This document shows positions 9,373-19,400 of a stretch of DNA of 64,000 nucleotides, piece by piece; within the stretch, counting starts at the first letter, position 1; every line of letters begins with the position of its first letter. The DNA lies in the IMG/VR virus record IMGVR_UViG_3300015371_000017, positions 11,101 through 75,100 of that record; one strand, written 5' to 3'. The notes under the pieces are model-generated. The model was not told the origin of the DNA. It worked only from the letters and a program-made list of their open reading frames with translations, and did no database searches. This DNA is from a virus. A program made the translations under genes and the position numbers.

Positions 9373-10907
9373 TCAGCCTCCCACATAAACACTTGCGCGC
9401 CGGGCGATCCGGTGACAGTCCACGCTATATCAAAAGTCGTTGCGCCGATGTTTTGCACGATTCCCACTACGCCTACGTTTGCTGCTGTGCTTATTACAAT
9501 ACCATTTGTGGTAGAAGTTGCAGCGGCCTGAGTAGTGGTGATGGCGGCTGTATTATAACTCTGAGATATGCTTCTATTCCCACTCGCATTAGCAACCCCG
9601 ATAGAAACCGTTGTTGGGGTAGCGGAGTTGTTGCCAGTAAAAGTTCCCATTCCATAAATTCTAATTATCTTTGGCGTTCTCCCCAAACCATGGGTTACGG
9701 ATGTTGTTTGCGTCGATGTAGAGGTAGTGCCCACCCCTGCTGTTGAGCCTATCGTTCCGGTTGCCCCAGACGTTCCCGAGAAACCGGAGACGCCAGAAAA
9801 TCCCGATGTCCCGCTTGCCCCTGAAGTCCCTGCGCCGCTTACCCCGGTGAACCCGGACGTGCCAGAAAAGCCAGACACTCCACTGAATCCAGAAATGCCG
9901 CTTGCGCCAGTAAAGCCTGAGATACCCGACGCGCCTGTAAATCCTGAGACTCCCGAAAAGCCAGAAGTACCTGCGGCCCCGCTGACACCAGTGAAACCTG
10001 ACTTGCCACTTGCTCCACTCGCGCCAGATACTCCGTCAGCACCAGTTGCGCCTGCTTGTCCACTCACCCCTGAAAACCCGGATGTACCCGACGCGCCACT
10101 TATCCCTGAGTCTCCTGAGAAGCCGCTTACGCCTGAAGCACCATCCGCGCCTGTTGCTCCTGCTTCACCGGAAAATCCAGATACGCCGCTAGCCCCGCTT
10201 GCACCGGAAGCCCCGTCTACTCCTATCGTTCCCGCTTCCCCGCTTACACCTGAATAGCCGGAAACACCTGAGTATCCAGAATCTCCCGAAGCCCCTGAAA
10301 CCCCACTGGCACCGGGATTCGCCCCACTAAATCCAGACTTGCCGGACGCTCCAGACGCACCCGAAAAGCCTGAAGCTCCATCAGCCCCAACTACCCCGCT
10401 TGCTCCGGTAAAACCTGATGTCCCTGAAGCGCCCGACGCCCCAGACGCTCCGGGGTTTGCGCCACTAAAACCGGACGTTCCAGAAGCCCCTGAACCTCCC
10501 GTGAAGCCACTAACGCCGCTGAACCCACTCTTACCACTTGCACCACTCGCTCCGCTTATTCCCGTGCCGCTGAAACCTGACTTACCGGAAGTTCCCGAAT
10601 ATCCACTGACACCACTCGTTCCCGGAGCGCCGGGGTTAGCTCCGCTATACCCAGACACACCAGAATAACCAGAGACTCCTGAAAACCCGGAAGCACCCGG
10701 ATTGGCCCCGCTGTATCCTGATTTACCTGAGTAGCCTGATTTGCCGGAATAACCTGACTTGCCTGAGAAACCTGAGTAGCCTGTATTGCCTACCGTAACG
10801 ACGCGGATTACTTGATCGCCCTGAACCTCAACTGTTTGAGTGTCGGAAACAGTGATGGTAGTTGGCGAACCAACTTCCTGAATAGTGATGTTGACGAGTT
10901 GAAGCAC
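9369..10907 (-). CDS. Long Gly-X-Ser/Thr collagen-like fibre protein
   Basis: About 350 residues of G-X-S/T triplets with GANP interruptions and a C-terminal beta-rich tip (VTHGLGRTPK). ATGA overlap with the GT2 gene. Confidence 0.85.
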   Translation of the reverse strand: MLQLVNITIQEVGSPTTITVSDTQTVEVQGDQVIRVVTVGNTGYSGFSGKSGYSGKSGYSGKSGYSGANPGASGFSGVSGYSGVSGYSGANPGAPGTSGVSGYSGTSGKSGFSGTGISGASGASGKSGFSGVSGFTGGSGASGTSGFSGANPGASGASGASGTSGFTGASGVVGADGASGFSGASGASGKSGFSGANPGASGVSGASGDSGYSGVSGYSGVSGEAGTIGVDGASGASGASGVSGFSGEAGATGADGASGVSGFSGDSGISGASGTSGFSGVSGQAGATGADGVSGASGASGKSGFTGVSGAAGTSGFSGVSGFTGASGISGFTGASGISGFSGVSGFSGTSGFTGVSGAGTSGASGTSGFSGVSGFSGTSGATGTIGSTAGVGTTSTSTQTTSVTHGLGRTPKIIRIYGMGTFTGNNSATPTTVSIGVANASGNRSISQSYNTAAITTTQAAATSTTNGIVISTAANVGVVGIVQNIGATTFDIAWTVTGSPGAQVFMWEAE

Positions 10908-10919
10908 ACGTTTATTCCA

Positions 10920-11255
10920 CTAGGAGCACTCGTTGACGAAAATTTTCCCTTCTATTAAGCACGGATTCGCATCGCCACTCTCAACAACACTTAGCTTATA
11001 AGTTCCGCTTGTCCAAGTAAGTGCCGCGGTATCCGCAGCAGTTAATGCGAGATCGTAAACACCGGGTGATGCGTTTGTGAATTTCCCATTTGCTTGTGTC
11101 CAGCTAAACGCCGCAGCGCCGTTTGGAGTCACGTCAATCTGCGCGCTACTAAGAGTAAGGGGCGCTCCCGCGTCATCGGTAAGAATGAAGGTTTTTTGAA
11201 ACACCCCACCTTTAACGATAACCGCCGTCCAACTGCTGACTTGAGTAGTTGCCAT
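10920..11255 (-). CDS. Fibre adaptor / BppU-N-like small virion protein
   Basis: FILTDDAGAPLTL...GVYDLALTAADTAAL...GTYKL...IEGKIFV pattern. Likely start is ATG 11255. Confidence 0.45.
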   Translation of the reverse strand: MATTQVSSWTAVIVKGGVFQKTFILTDDAGAPLTLSSAQIDVTPNGAAAFSWTQANGKFTNASPGVYDLALTAADTAALTWTSGTYKLSVVESGDANPCLIEGKIFVNECS

Positions 11256-11257
11256 AA

Positions 11258-11731
11258 TTAAGTAATTTGTTTCCAAACTGCCGCGCCGGTACTAGCGTCT
11301 ACGGATAAATATCCATTCTGCAAAACCGTATCCACCCACACACTTCCTATTGGATATCCGGCTGCGCCATCATCCGTGATCGCCGGAGCAACCGTCGCAG
11401 TGTGAATACGCGGAACTTCTAAACTCGATCTTGCTCCTGCTGCCGTATTTGCATTTGTGCCGCCATTGGCAATCGGCAATACGCCGCTCGGCGTTGGCGT
11501 TCCGGTTAAAGTTACCGATCCGCCTACTGCCGTAAAACTTAATCCGGTAGCTCCGCCAGAGAATAGAATCGTGGGGCCAGTTGCGCCCGCCCCTGAATCA
11601 CCATTGATCGTTGTGACCGCACCGCCCGAACTTGCACCTGAAATGTTAGTAATATCAGGCGGCGGTAATACCTCGTATGCCTGATAGGTGATTTGCGAAT
11701 CAAGCTGCGAATTGTAGTCCTCAGAACTCAT
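11258..11731 (-). CDS. Tail fibre-like structural protein
   Basis: LPIANGGTNANTAAGARSSL repeat unit and APAITDD..GY.IGSVWVDT motif common in phage fibres. Confidence 0.55.
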   Translation of the reverse strand: MSSEDYNSQLDSQITYQAYEVLPPPDITNISGASSGGAVTTINGDSGAGATGPTILFSGGATGLSFTAVGGSVTLTGTPTPSGVLPIANGGTNANTAAGARSSLEVPRIHTATVAPAITDDGAAGYPIGSVWVDTVLQNGYLSVDASTGAAVWKQIT

Positions 11732-12102
11732 AATGATTCTTCGGTTAATACCGCATCAGGAAACTTCTCTTTCAATTCAGCTAACACTTGATCTCTCTCG
11801 GACTCTTGAAATGATCTACTTTGCAGCATGGCGTTTTTCAACTCTATAACCCCCGATGGATTCTCCGGGTTAGGGGTAACTTGCGCTGTGCCGCTCTTCA
11901 CAAAAATCTTGTATCGGAACAATTTTGGTTTCTGAATCTTCACGTCTCCACGGCGTTCAATTCTAATTGCCCCATCAGGGTGATCGGCACGTAACTGATT
12001 CATTATCTTTACGGCTGTAAGTTCACCCACGCCATGACGAATAGATTCTCCCACCCATTCAGTAGACTTTACCCCGACAACATGAAAGCGAATTTGACTC
12101 AA
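11728..12102 (-). CDS. Hypothetical protein
   Basis: ATGA-coupled on both sides within the structural operon. Confidence 0.5.
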   Translation of the reverse strand: MSQIRFHVVGVKSTEWVGESIRHGVGELTAVKIMNQLRADHPDGAIRIERRGDVKIQKPKLFRYKIFVKSGTAQVTPNPENPSGVIELKNAMLQSRSFQESERDQVLAELKEKFPDAVLTEESL

Positions 12103-14213
12103 CGCCGTGCCCCCATTTGTGCTCGTTCGTACTCGATAAGATCAACGCGGTCAAGTCTGCCCGTGTCCGTACAGTCACCATCTACGCGGATTGTGTGTTC
12201 CATCGCGTTTTTAACGTTAATCTGATATCGCTTACTAAGTGCGACCCCAGTAGTGTCAGCTAATGCCATCGCCCCTGTTGCACTACCCGTTCCGGCGTCA
12301 ATAGCGTCCACGTCAATTACCTCGTTTGGCCCCCATTTGTAGACCATAAAATGAGCGGCAGTGAGCTTCCCTTGAACCCGCACAGCTTTTATGATGTCGT
12401 CTCTCAACCCACTAGACACGACAGGCGGCGTAATAAACCACGGCGTTCCTTCGCCTGCGTCGAATCTCTCAGTAGTTGAGCTTCCCGCATCAGTTCCCGT
12501 GCGTCCTCCGATAATCAAGTCCAGCCTATCACCTACGGTTGCTACACCACTTACTATCGAGTCTTTGGTGTCGCTGCTGAGATACCCATGTGAAATCCAT
12601 GCATTCTGTGAAATCCCAAACATCAGCCAACGAGTACGCCAGAACCCCGCATCATTCAAACTGTCCCCTGAGTGAAAGAACACCACGCCATCGTTGAACG
12701 GATCGTATCCTACTAGCACTTGGCCGGGATTCCAGCCGGGATTACCTATAGAGCGATCACCTAAGATTATCTCCGCTACATCCTCGGCCCAGTCTCTTTC
12801 TGCGACAATTTCATCACCATCCCCGACTGAGCGACTTGGCCCTGCGACTGGAAATCCGTAAAGAGTTCCGTTGACAAAAACTAATTGATAACGATTCGCA
12901 AACCCATCTTTCCAGAACGGACGAATGATAATAGGCACAGCATCACTCGGGGTAGATTGTGCGATTTGCAGATGATTGTAGGTAAGTAAATACAGTCGGC
13001 CCTGAGCAGTGACTACTCCAATGATCGTTTCAGGCGGTGAACTGGAGAATGCTAAATCCAAAGGCGCGGCTTCGATGTTATTTGGCTTAGACGGAACGAT
13101 GAACGGCCCCGGCGAAGTAGCTGTAGGATGGCTTGGGTTTCCCTGTCCCTGGCAGCTAATGTAAATCAGCACCGCATTCATGGACGCAACGAATTCCGCG
13201 TCCGTTGGGGGATCGTTATTAAAACTAACTATCTCATTGTTCTCTACTTCCGCGTCATACCACTGAAAATCAAAGTCACCCCCCGCTGGGCTTACCTGCG
13301 TATCATCCACCATAACTAGGTAGTGCCACGGGCCGTTAAGATAATTCAGATCAGCCCCTAAGTTATCGGCATAAGTTGTCACCCACACTTTCCACGCATT
13401 CTGTCCGTTAGTTGTGTCCATTGCGGGAAAAGTGATGCGGATTACGTCGTTTGTGGCAATCGTAACATCTGCTCGTTCGGAGGGGTTGTTGTAACCGCCT
13501 GTTTCTTTACGCGCGGGAGTGATTACAACCGAGTAGTTCCCTGCTTGCATTTTGCTACCACCACCTACCGCCGTAGCGGTTGGTGCGGTAGGTGTATCCA
13601 TTCCTAACGTGAAGTTTGTGTAATTACCCGTCGCCGCATCAAACAGGGAAATCTGAGGAGCACGAGTCATGGTCAAGGACGAACCTTGCAAGGGTGCTCC
13701 GTTAACCTGAAACTCTCCGCTTCCAGCCGAGACATACGATCCGCGATCCAGTTTCAAGGCATCGCCTGTTAGTCCCGTACCTCGTTGATCGTTTACCGCC
13801 CAGATGCTTGAAGCACGAAATCCCGTCACACCTGAAACTGTGTCTCCGGGCGCTTTCCAGACCACCATTGAATCATCAGCATCTATTCGGCGCACCACTA
13901 ACAACCACGAGTTGTCATCTTTGATAGCGACTATGAATTGACCAAGGTGACATTCATCAAAGAATGCTGTTCCTGCGCCTGTGACAGTTGTAGAGCCAGC
14001 AGTGAATTCAAGAGTGCCAGTGAGAGCAACTAAGTTCAGAGGTTCATTCAGATCGCCTAAACCTGAGAAATTTTCCTCATAAAACTTCCCCTCACGCCCG
14101 CGCGTCACCATGTTGCTCTTGCGCCAGATAACGGGAAAGTCATCACCCGTGCGCGGCAACGTCGGCACAAACGGCCCTGAGCGCATAACTCGTGGTGGTT
14201 TCTCTTGTCCCAT
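12099..14213 (-). CDS. Tail nozzle / tail tubular protein B-like
   Basis: 704 aa, beta-rich, downstream of adaptor-like genes in a podovirus-type module. Positional inference. Confidence 0.5.
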   Translation of the reverse strand: MGQEKPPRVMRSGPFVPTLPRTGDDFPVIWRKSNMVTRGREGKFYEENFSGLGDLNEPLNLVALTGTLEFTAGSTTVTGAGTAFFDECHLGQFIVAIKDDNSWLLVVRRIDADDSMVVWKAPGDTVSGVTGFRASSIWAVNDQRGTGLTGDALKLDRGSYVSAGSGEFQVNGAPLQGSSLTMTRAPQISLFDAATGNYTNFTLGMDTPTAPTATAVGGGSKMQAGNYSVVITPARKETGGYNNPSERADVTIATNDVIRITFPAMDTTNGQNAWKVWVTTYADNLGADLNYLNGPWHYLVMVDDTQVSPAGGDFDFQWYDAEVENNEIVSFNNDPPTDAEFVASMNAVLIYISCQGQGNPSHPTATSPGPFIVPSKPNNIEAAPLDLAFSSSPPETIIGVVTAQGRLYLLTYNHLQIAQSTPSDAVPIIIRPFWKDGFANRYQLVFVNGTLYGFPVAGPSRSVGDGDEIVAERDWAEDVAEIILGDRSIGNPGWNPGQVLVGYDPFNDGVVFFHSGDSLNDAGFWRTRWLMFGISQNAWISHGYLSSDTKDSIVSGVATVGDRLDLIIGGRTGTDAGSSTTERFDAGEGTPWFITPPVVSSGLRDDIIKAVRVQGKLTAAHFMVYKWGPNEVIDVDAIDAGTGSATGAMALADTTGVALSKRYQINVKNAMEHTIRVDGDCTDTGRLDRVDLIEYERAQMGARR

Positions 14214-14786
14214 TTACGCCGCTGCTCCAGCCAGCTTCGCGATCTGTCCTCGTAAAGCCTCAGATAATGCTTCGTCTAAATCGCTGAGAACCTCATCCGT
14301 ACAATCAATATCGTCCGTCGCAAGTGTGGGTTTGGAAACGGCGCACGGAACTACGAGAGTACGAGCACCCGTTGCTGCTAAAGGCACACTGAAATTTGCG
14401 TTAGGTTCAACTACTTGTAACGTACCCCCACCTCGCAAAGTGTACTTGCCTAATCTTCGATCACTAGAGCGGATGAATTGAGGATAATCCCGCCATGCGT
14501 ATTTTTTACTTAAAGCAGCAGGATCGATCAGAGTTGAATCAGCAATATATTTCGTGAGGACATCACTAGTTAGAGTTGCCGTTCCTGCTACCAACGTAAT
14601 TGACTTCTCACGTCTCAATAGAGAGCGCTTGTATTCATCCGCAGCCGCCGCTTCACTAACAGACTGAGAGACAATAGGGAATAAAGTATCAGCAATTCCC
14701 ACCGCATCTATCGCGGCAGACTGTTCAGGCGGTACGCCGTGAAGCGCGTTATTAACTGAGGACAGAAGTAAATCCTGATAGCGCAT
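14214..14786 (-). CDS. Head-tail adaptor / ring protein-like
   Basis: 190 aa, helix-beta-helix layout (ITLVAGTATL), directly upstream of the nozzle gene. Confidence 0.45.
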   Translation of the reverse strand: MRYQDLLLSSVNNALHGVPPEQSAAIDAVGIADTLFPIVSQSVSEAAAADEYKRSLLRREKSITLVAGTATLTSDVLTKYIADSTLIDPAALSKKYAWRDYPQFIRSSDRRLGKYTLRGGGTLQVVEPNANFSVPLAATGARTLVVPCAVSKPTLATDDIDCTDEVLSDLDEALSEALRGQIAKLAGAAA

Positions 14787-15476
14787 CTATGCTGCCTGAC
14801 TTTCCATTACCGCAGGTGGAATGCTTGCTATTGTGCTCTGAAAATACTGCGCCCAGAGTTGGGACTGTTGAAGAAATTCGTCGTCCCTGACGAGAGCGGC
14901 GCATCCGCCACAAATCACTGCCTCAACCAACGAATCAGCTAAGGTGAAGTCTCCGTTTTGATCGTAAATTGCCGTTTGAACGTCGGCATCCCACACGCAG
15001 CCGATTAAGGTTGCCGTGGTTTGAGTATGTAGAATTTTATCAGGTGTCAGAGCAAAGTAATCTGCGGGTGCTAAGTATAGCGCGGGAGCTAACAGTCTGT
15101 TTCTCACTACGGCCACGGGCATCCGCGTTAGGGTCACGCCATCTTGATCTACTGCCCCGCCAAAGTTGCCGATAAACGGCGCGCCTGTTGAATCGGTTGA
15201 AGGTAAATCCGCGCCCGACGCTAAGGCGGCAGACGTTCCCCGAAGATATGCACGTAAGACTCGGTTGCCTGAGAGTGCAATAGCTTGAGCTAGTTTCCCT
15301 TGTGCTTGAACCAGCGAATCTCTTATCGCGTTAAAAGGGAAAATGCTGGAATCGAAAAGCTCGTCAACGAGCGGGCGCGTAGAATAAGTAGTCTGTAATT
15401 CTACGGGATCAGTGCCGACTAATGCGTTGACGCGCAGACTTGCGGAAGCGATTAAATCATGGCATTGTATAGACAT
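14787..15476 (-). CDS. Head-tail adaptor / ring protein-like
   Basis: 229 aa with C-terminal EAVICGGCAAL..DDE...W.QYF, resembling adaptor C-termini. Confidence 0.45.
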   Translation of the reverse strand: MSIQCHDLIASASLRVNALVGTDPVELQTTYSTRPLVDELFDSSIFPFNAIRDSLVQAQGKLAQAIALSGNRVLRAYLRGTSAALASGADLPSTDSTGAPFIGNFGGAVDQDGVTLTRMPVAVVRNRLLAPALYLAPADYFALTPDKILHTQTTATLIGCVWDADVQTAIYDQNGDFTLADSLVEAVICGGCAALVRDDEFLQQSQLWAQYFQSTIASIPPAVMESQAA

Positions 15477-16194
15477 GCTTCAGCCTACGCCTCCTGTGAG
15501 CGGATTGCTCACCCCTGTCAGATTCATCGAGAAACGTGGACGCCGCAACTTTTGGCTATATCGTTGTGAGTGTGGTAATGAAAAGATTTTACGATCCAGC
15601 ACAGACGCCAAATCATGCGGCTGTTCTCGTAAAGGGAAAGGCGCAACACATGGACTATGGGGTACGCGAGTATACTGGGCTTGGGCCGCCATGCTCCACA
15701 GAACGCGAACGACAAAGGGTACTATGTACGAAAAATACGGCAAGCGTGGAATTGGCGTATGCGAGCGATGGCTGAAGTTCGAGAACTTCTTTGCCGACAT
15801 GGGACATCCGCCCGTTGGCCCGTACTCGGTCGAGCGAAAAAACAACGACAAGGGATATAGTCCTGATAATTGCAAATGGGCACTTCCACCAGAACAATCA
15901 CGAAACACTAGGCGCAACGTCCGTCTTACCGTTAACGGACGCACCCAAGTCTTAATGGATTGGGCGATTGAAACGGGTATTCCCCACAGAACGCTGTCAG
16001 GACGCTTCAAGCTTGGCTGGACTCCAGAAGAAATCATCGGACTTGCGCCACGGCCATCAGATCGGCTGCTCACTCTAAACGATGAGAGCCACACCCTTAC
16101 TGAATGGGCAAGACTTCGCGGAATTAAACACCAGACACTTAGCTGGCGTTTACGCAACGGCAAAACACTTGCGGAAGCTTTAATTTCCATATAG
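15475..16194 (+). CDS. HNH homing endonuclease (inverted in the structural operon)
   Basis: WLYRCECG, KSCGC, YGKRGIGVCERWLKFENFFADMG, SVERKNNDKGYSPDNCKWA, two HTH-like C-terminal repeats. Confidence 0.9.
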   Translation: MLQPTPPVSGLLTPVRFIEKRGRRNFWLYRCECGNEKILRSSTDAKSCGCSRKGKGATHGLWGTRVYWAWAAMLHRTRTTKGTMYEKYGKRGIGVCERWLKFENFFADMGHPPVGPYSVERKNNDKGYSPDNCKWALPPEQSRNTRRNVRLTVNGRTQVLMDWAIETGIPHRTLSGRFKLGWTPEEIIGLAPRPSDRLLTLNDESHTLTEWARLRGIKHQTLSWRLRNGKTLAEALISI

Positions 16195-16195
16195 C

Positions 16196-16456
16196 TCACA
16201 AGCTTTTCATTCCCGCGCCGCCAAAGCCCTTCGCTTCGTGTCCGCCAACACCAGCAGGAACACTTGTATGTTCCGGCATCGTTATAAGATTCGTTCCGCC
16301 ATGTCCCATGTCGGGATGCCCCGGTGCGGGTTTCTTATTACTCGCAAATCTGCTCTTTAGAGCTTGAGCAAATGGCCCTAAGTCCGGCGTTTGATTTTGT
16401 TCATCTTCATCAAACTGAACCCACTCAGGAACGTAGTTACCAAATTGATCGATCAT
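16196..16456 (-). CDS. Hypothetical protein
   Basis: 86-aa ORF within the structural operon. Confidence 0.5.
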   Translation of the reverse strand: MIDQFGNYVPEWVQFDEDEQNQTPDLGPFAQALKSRFASNKKPAPGHPDMGHGGTNLITMPEHTSVPAGVGGHEAKGFGGAGMKSL

Positions 16457-16481
16457 GGCGTCAGTTTACTCTACTTTCCTT

Positions 16482-19400
16482 TTATGGTGCGGATAAAAAT
16501 CTTCGTGAAAACGGACTGCTAGGCTTTCTCTTTTGTGGGTTCACCGGCGTGATTCCCAAAGCGTTTATGCGTTGCTGAAAGTCAGCTTTCTGCTTTTCTG
16601 TAAGCGCATCAGAGTGAATAAGGCTCCATGCCTTCTTTGCCATAATGTCCGCCACCTCATCTGCGCGCGGGTCGTTGTACTTTCGCAGTCTTTCGTATTT
16701 GGTTAAGGCTTGGTCATTAAACATATTTTCAAACGTCGATTGGTAATCTGAATTCGCACCCTGTTTCTCAATCGTCCCTGCGTGGTGAGTTACTTCACCC
16801 GTTTTCGGATTCGTCGTGTCGTAACCGGCTTCACTCTTAGTGAGCACGTCTTGTTCGCGCATGGCATCAAGATCATCTTTGGTAATCTTCCCCGCGCGAA
16901 AGTCTTTAACTAGCTGGGCATCTCTGGCCTGCTTCGCCGCTTTATTTTCCTGCTCAGGGCTTGGTTTGTAAGAATGCCCCACGCGAATACCTGTCGCGGC
17001 AACTGCCATTACGGGAGCAGCCCTAGCTAATGCTTTGAGTAATCCTTTAGTCCGACCTTCACTCATTCCTTGTTCACGCATTGTGTTGTAGACATCACGA
17101 ACGCCTTCACCTATCGGAATAGGAGTCTGCTGACTTAAAACGTATTCCAACCACGAATAACGAGGTAATCGTTCAGTTCCTTCTTGTTGAGAAATCGGTA
17201 GCGGTCGTCCTGTGTAGTCAGAACGCAACGCTATATCCGCTCCTGTGCTGAATAACGGAGATAGCTTCGACCGGCCATAGTAGAAGGTTGTCTTCGCCAT
17301 ATCCTCAGCGGCCTGTTTGGGCTTCTTTAAGTCAGCATTCTTAGCTTGGCTTGCAAGAGTTCCCATGAAGCGAATAGCTGTCAGCATCCCACTCGCGGGA
17401 CTAATTGTTCGTCCTGCAACCTTGAACGCGAGAAAGTCTGATTTCGTTGGATCGGTAAAGTTGATTTTGTCGTCGCTCTTCGTCGCGGTTAGTAAACCTT
17501 GATTCATTGCCAACAGAGAGGCGTAGGTAACGACTAATTGCGCGTTCCGTGCCGCAACTCTTTTAGCCATGTAGCGAGCTTCGGGGGTGGCCTTTTTCCA
17601 ATTTCCAAAGGCTTGCAAGGCGCGAGCATTATCTCTGACTAAAAACTCCCAGCGTGAGGCTTCCAATGGAGCGGCAAACATTGCTTTACCGAGAAATCGA
17701 CTCGGCCAACCCTGCCCACTTAAAGCCTTTGAAGCGCCCGTGGAACTATTTATCTCTTGTGCAAGTAGTTCCGCCATTTTTGAGCTTCGATCTGCTTCAG
17801 GTAGTCGATTCCACGCCGAATCAAACAAATCCTGTCGCATGGTCTTGAGTGAATCGAATGCTCGGTTTCCAGAAATACCTATCTTGCCAAGAGTCTTAGC
17901 CATCCACGGGCTTTGATATTCGTCATATCCCCTTCGCGGATCGTTTGCTAATCCCGCTCTTTTTGCCATGATGTAATTTGGCGAATGCTCCAAATCCACC
18001 ATCGCTTGTTCGTGACCGCCTTTATCAACCAAAAACTTGTATGTGCGTCCAAAATTCGGCCAGAACTCCGCCCAACGAGACGGAATAAACAGATTTACAG
18101 GAGCGTGAGTAAACGGAGCTACTACACCGTGCCCTAACGTCGCTTTAATGAAAAATAACCGTCTCGCGTCCTCGAATCGTTTAGCAAAGATGTTCTGATC
18201 GGCTTGACGTACCCAACTCTCAGCATTTTGCTTCGCTTGCCGCCTGTCCGCCATCCTTTTCCACATCTCATCACTGATTCGTCTAGTGGCGGTGGTGTTA
18301 GCAAGCGAGCGTCTTACCTGCTCGGGGTTAATACCTAAATCACTCGCCACCTTCTGAGTGACATCGGCAAAGTCCGTGTTTCCTTGGTCAACGTAATTCT
18401 CCCTCGCGTATTTCCAGACTTCAGAGGCGTCTTTAGCGGAAATCTTCTTGACGCCTTGTAACCTTGCGCCAAGTGCTTCTCTGGCTTCCTTGGTTGTGTA
18501 GTCTTTTACTTCCTGACGGACACCTGTTTTTAGTTTTGCCCACTCGCTTTCAGCACGTTCTCTCTTTGGAAGTCCCGCACCCAAAATCGCTTCTGCCACT
18601 TCTCTTCTCGTTACATCAGCGAAGTCCTTAACGGTAGAATGAACATCGTCAATTAACTGTGCCGCATCGGTTACTCCCGCCTTCGCGCGATTCTTCGCAT
18701 AAGCAACTAGCTGTTTAGTGATCTCACCTTCGGGATCGAGTCTTGCTATTCCTGACGGTTGAATGCCTGTTTGAGACTTAACCTTCTGAAACGCCGCGGC
18801 AAGATTTGTCTTAATTACTGCCGCTTCATCATCAAGAGACTTACGCGTTTGCTTTCTTCCCTCACGACGAAATTCGCGAGCAGATTGATCGATAAACCTC
18901 TTGACCGCCGTTTGAATTTCTTTCGGAAGTTCAGCAATCCCCGCAGCCTTGTCTAGTTCTGCGGCTAGTCGGCTACTCAAGTCTTTAACATCAGATTCGG
19001 CTCTTGCGCTTCTGGTAGAAAGGTTCTGAAGCGTTCGTTGCTCTTGAGGAGTAGGTTCGCGGGTATGAGCATTCTTGAACGCTCGATAGAGTCCGTAGAA
19101 TGTCCCTGTATCAATATCTGTTTCGCCTTGCTGCGCGCGGCCAGTGTTTGACCACGCAGTTTGCATCGGCTTAACTGCATCATCGTAAAATTGTTGGCGA
19201 GCCTTTTCAGCGGCCTTGAATTCAGGGCTATTTAAGCCGCCCTTATCAAACGCTTGATTAGCCACACGAGCGAGTTCTTCGTGTTTGGCACGAACTAAAG
19301 CCATCGACTCGGCAGAGATCGCACCTGACTTCTGGAAGCTATCAATGGCTTCTTGTGGATCATTACCTTCGCGGAGTAGTTCTCTACCGCGTTCAACTGA

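Noticed and set aside
2327-10668. Pro-rich plus-strand ORFs (2327-2773, 9727-10257, 10339-10668)
   Set aside because: Antisense shadows of Gly-X-Ser codons, with no RBS or independent signal.
9700-10790. CRISPR array or DNA tandem repeat
   Set aside because: The periodicity is protein-level with varied codons. No repeat-spacer pattern was seen anywhere in the window.
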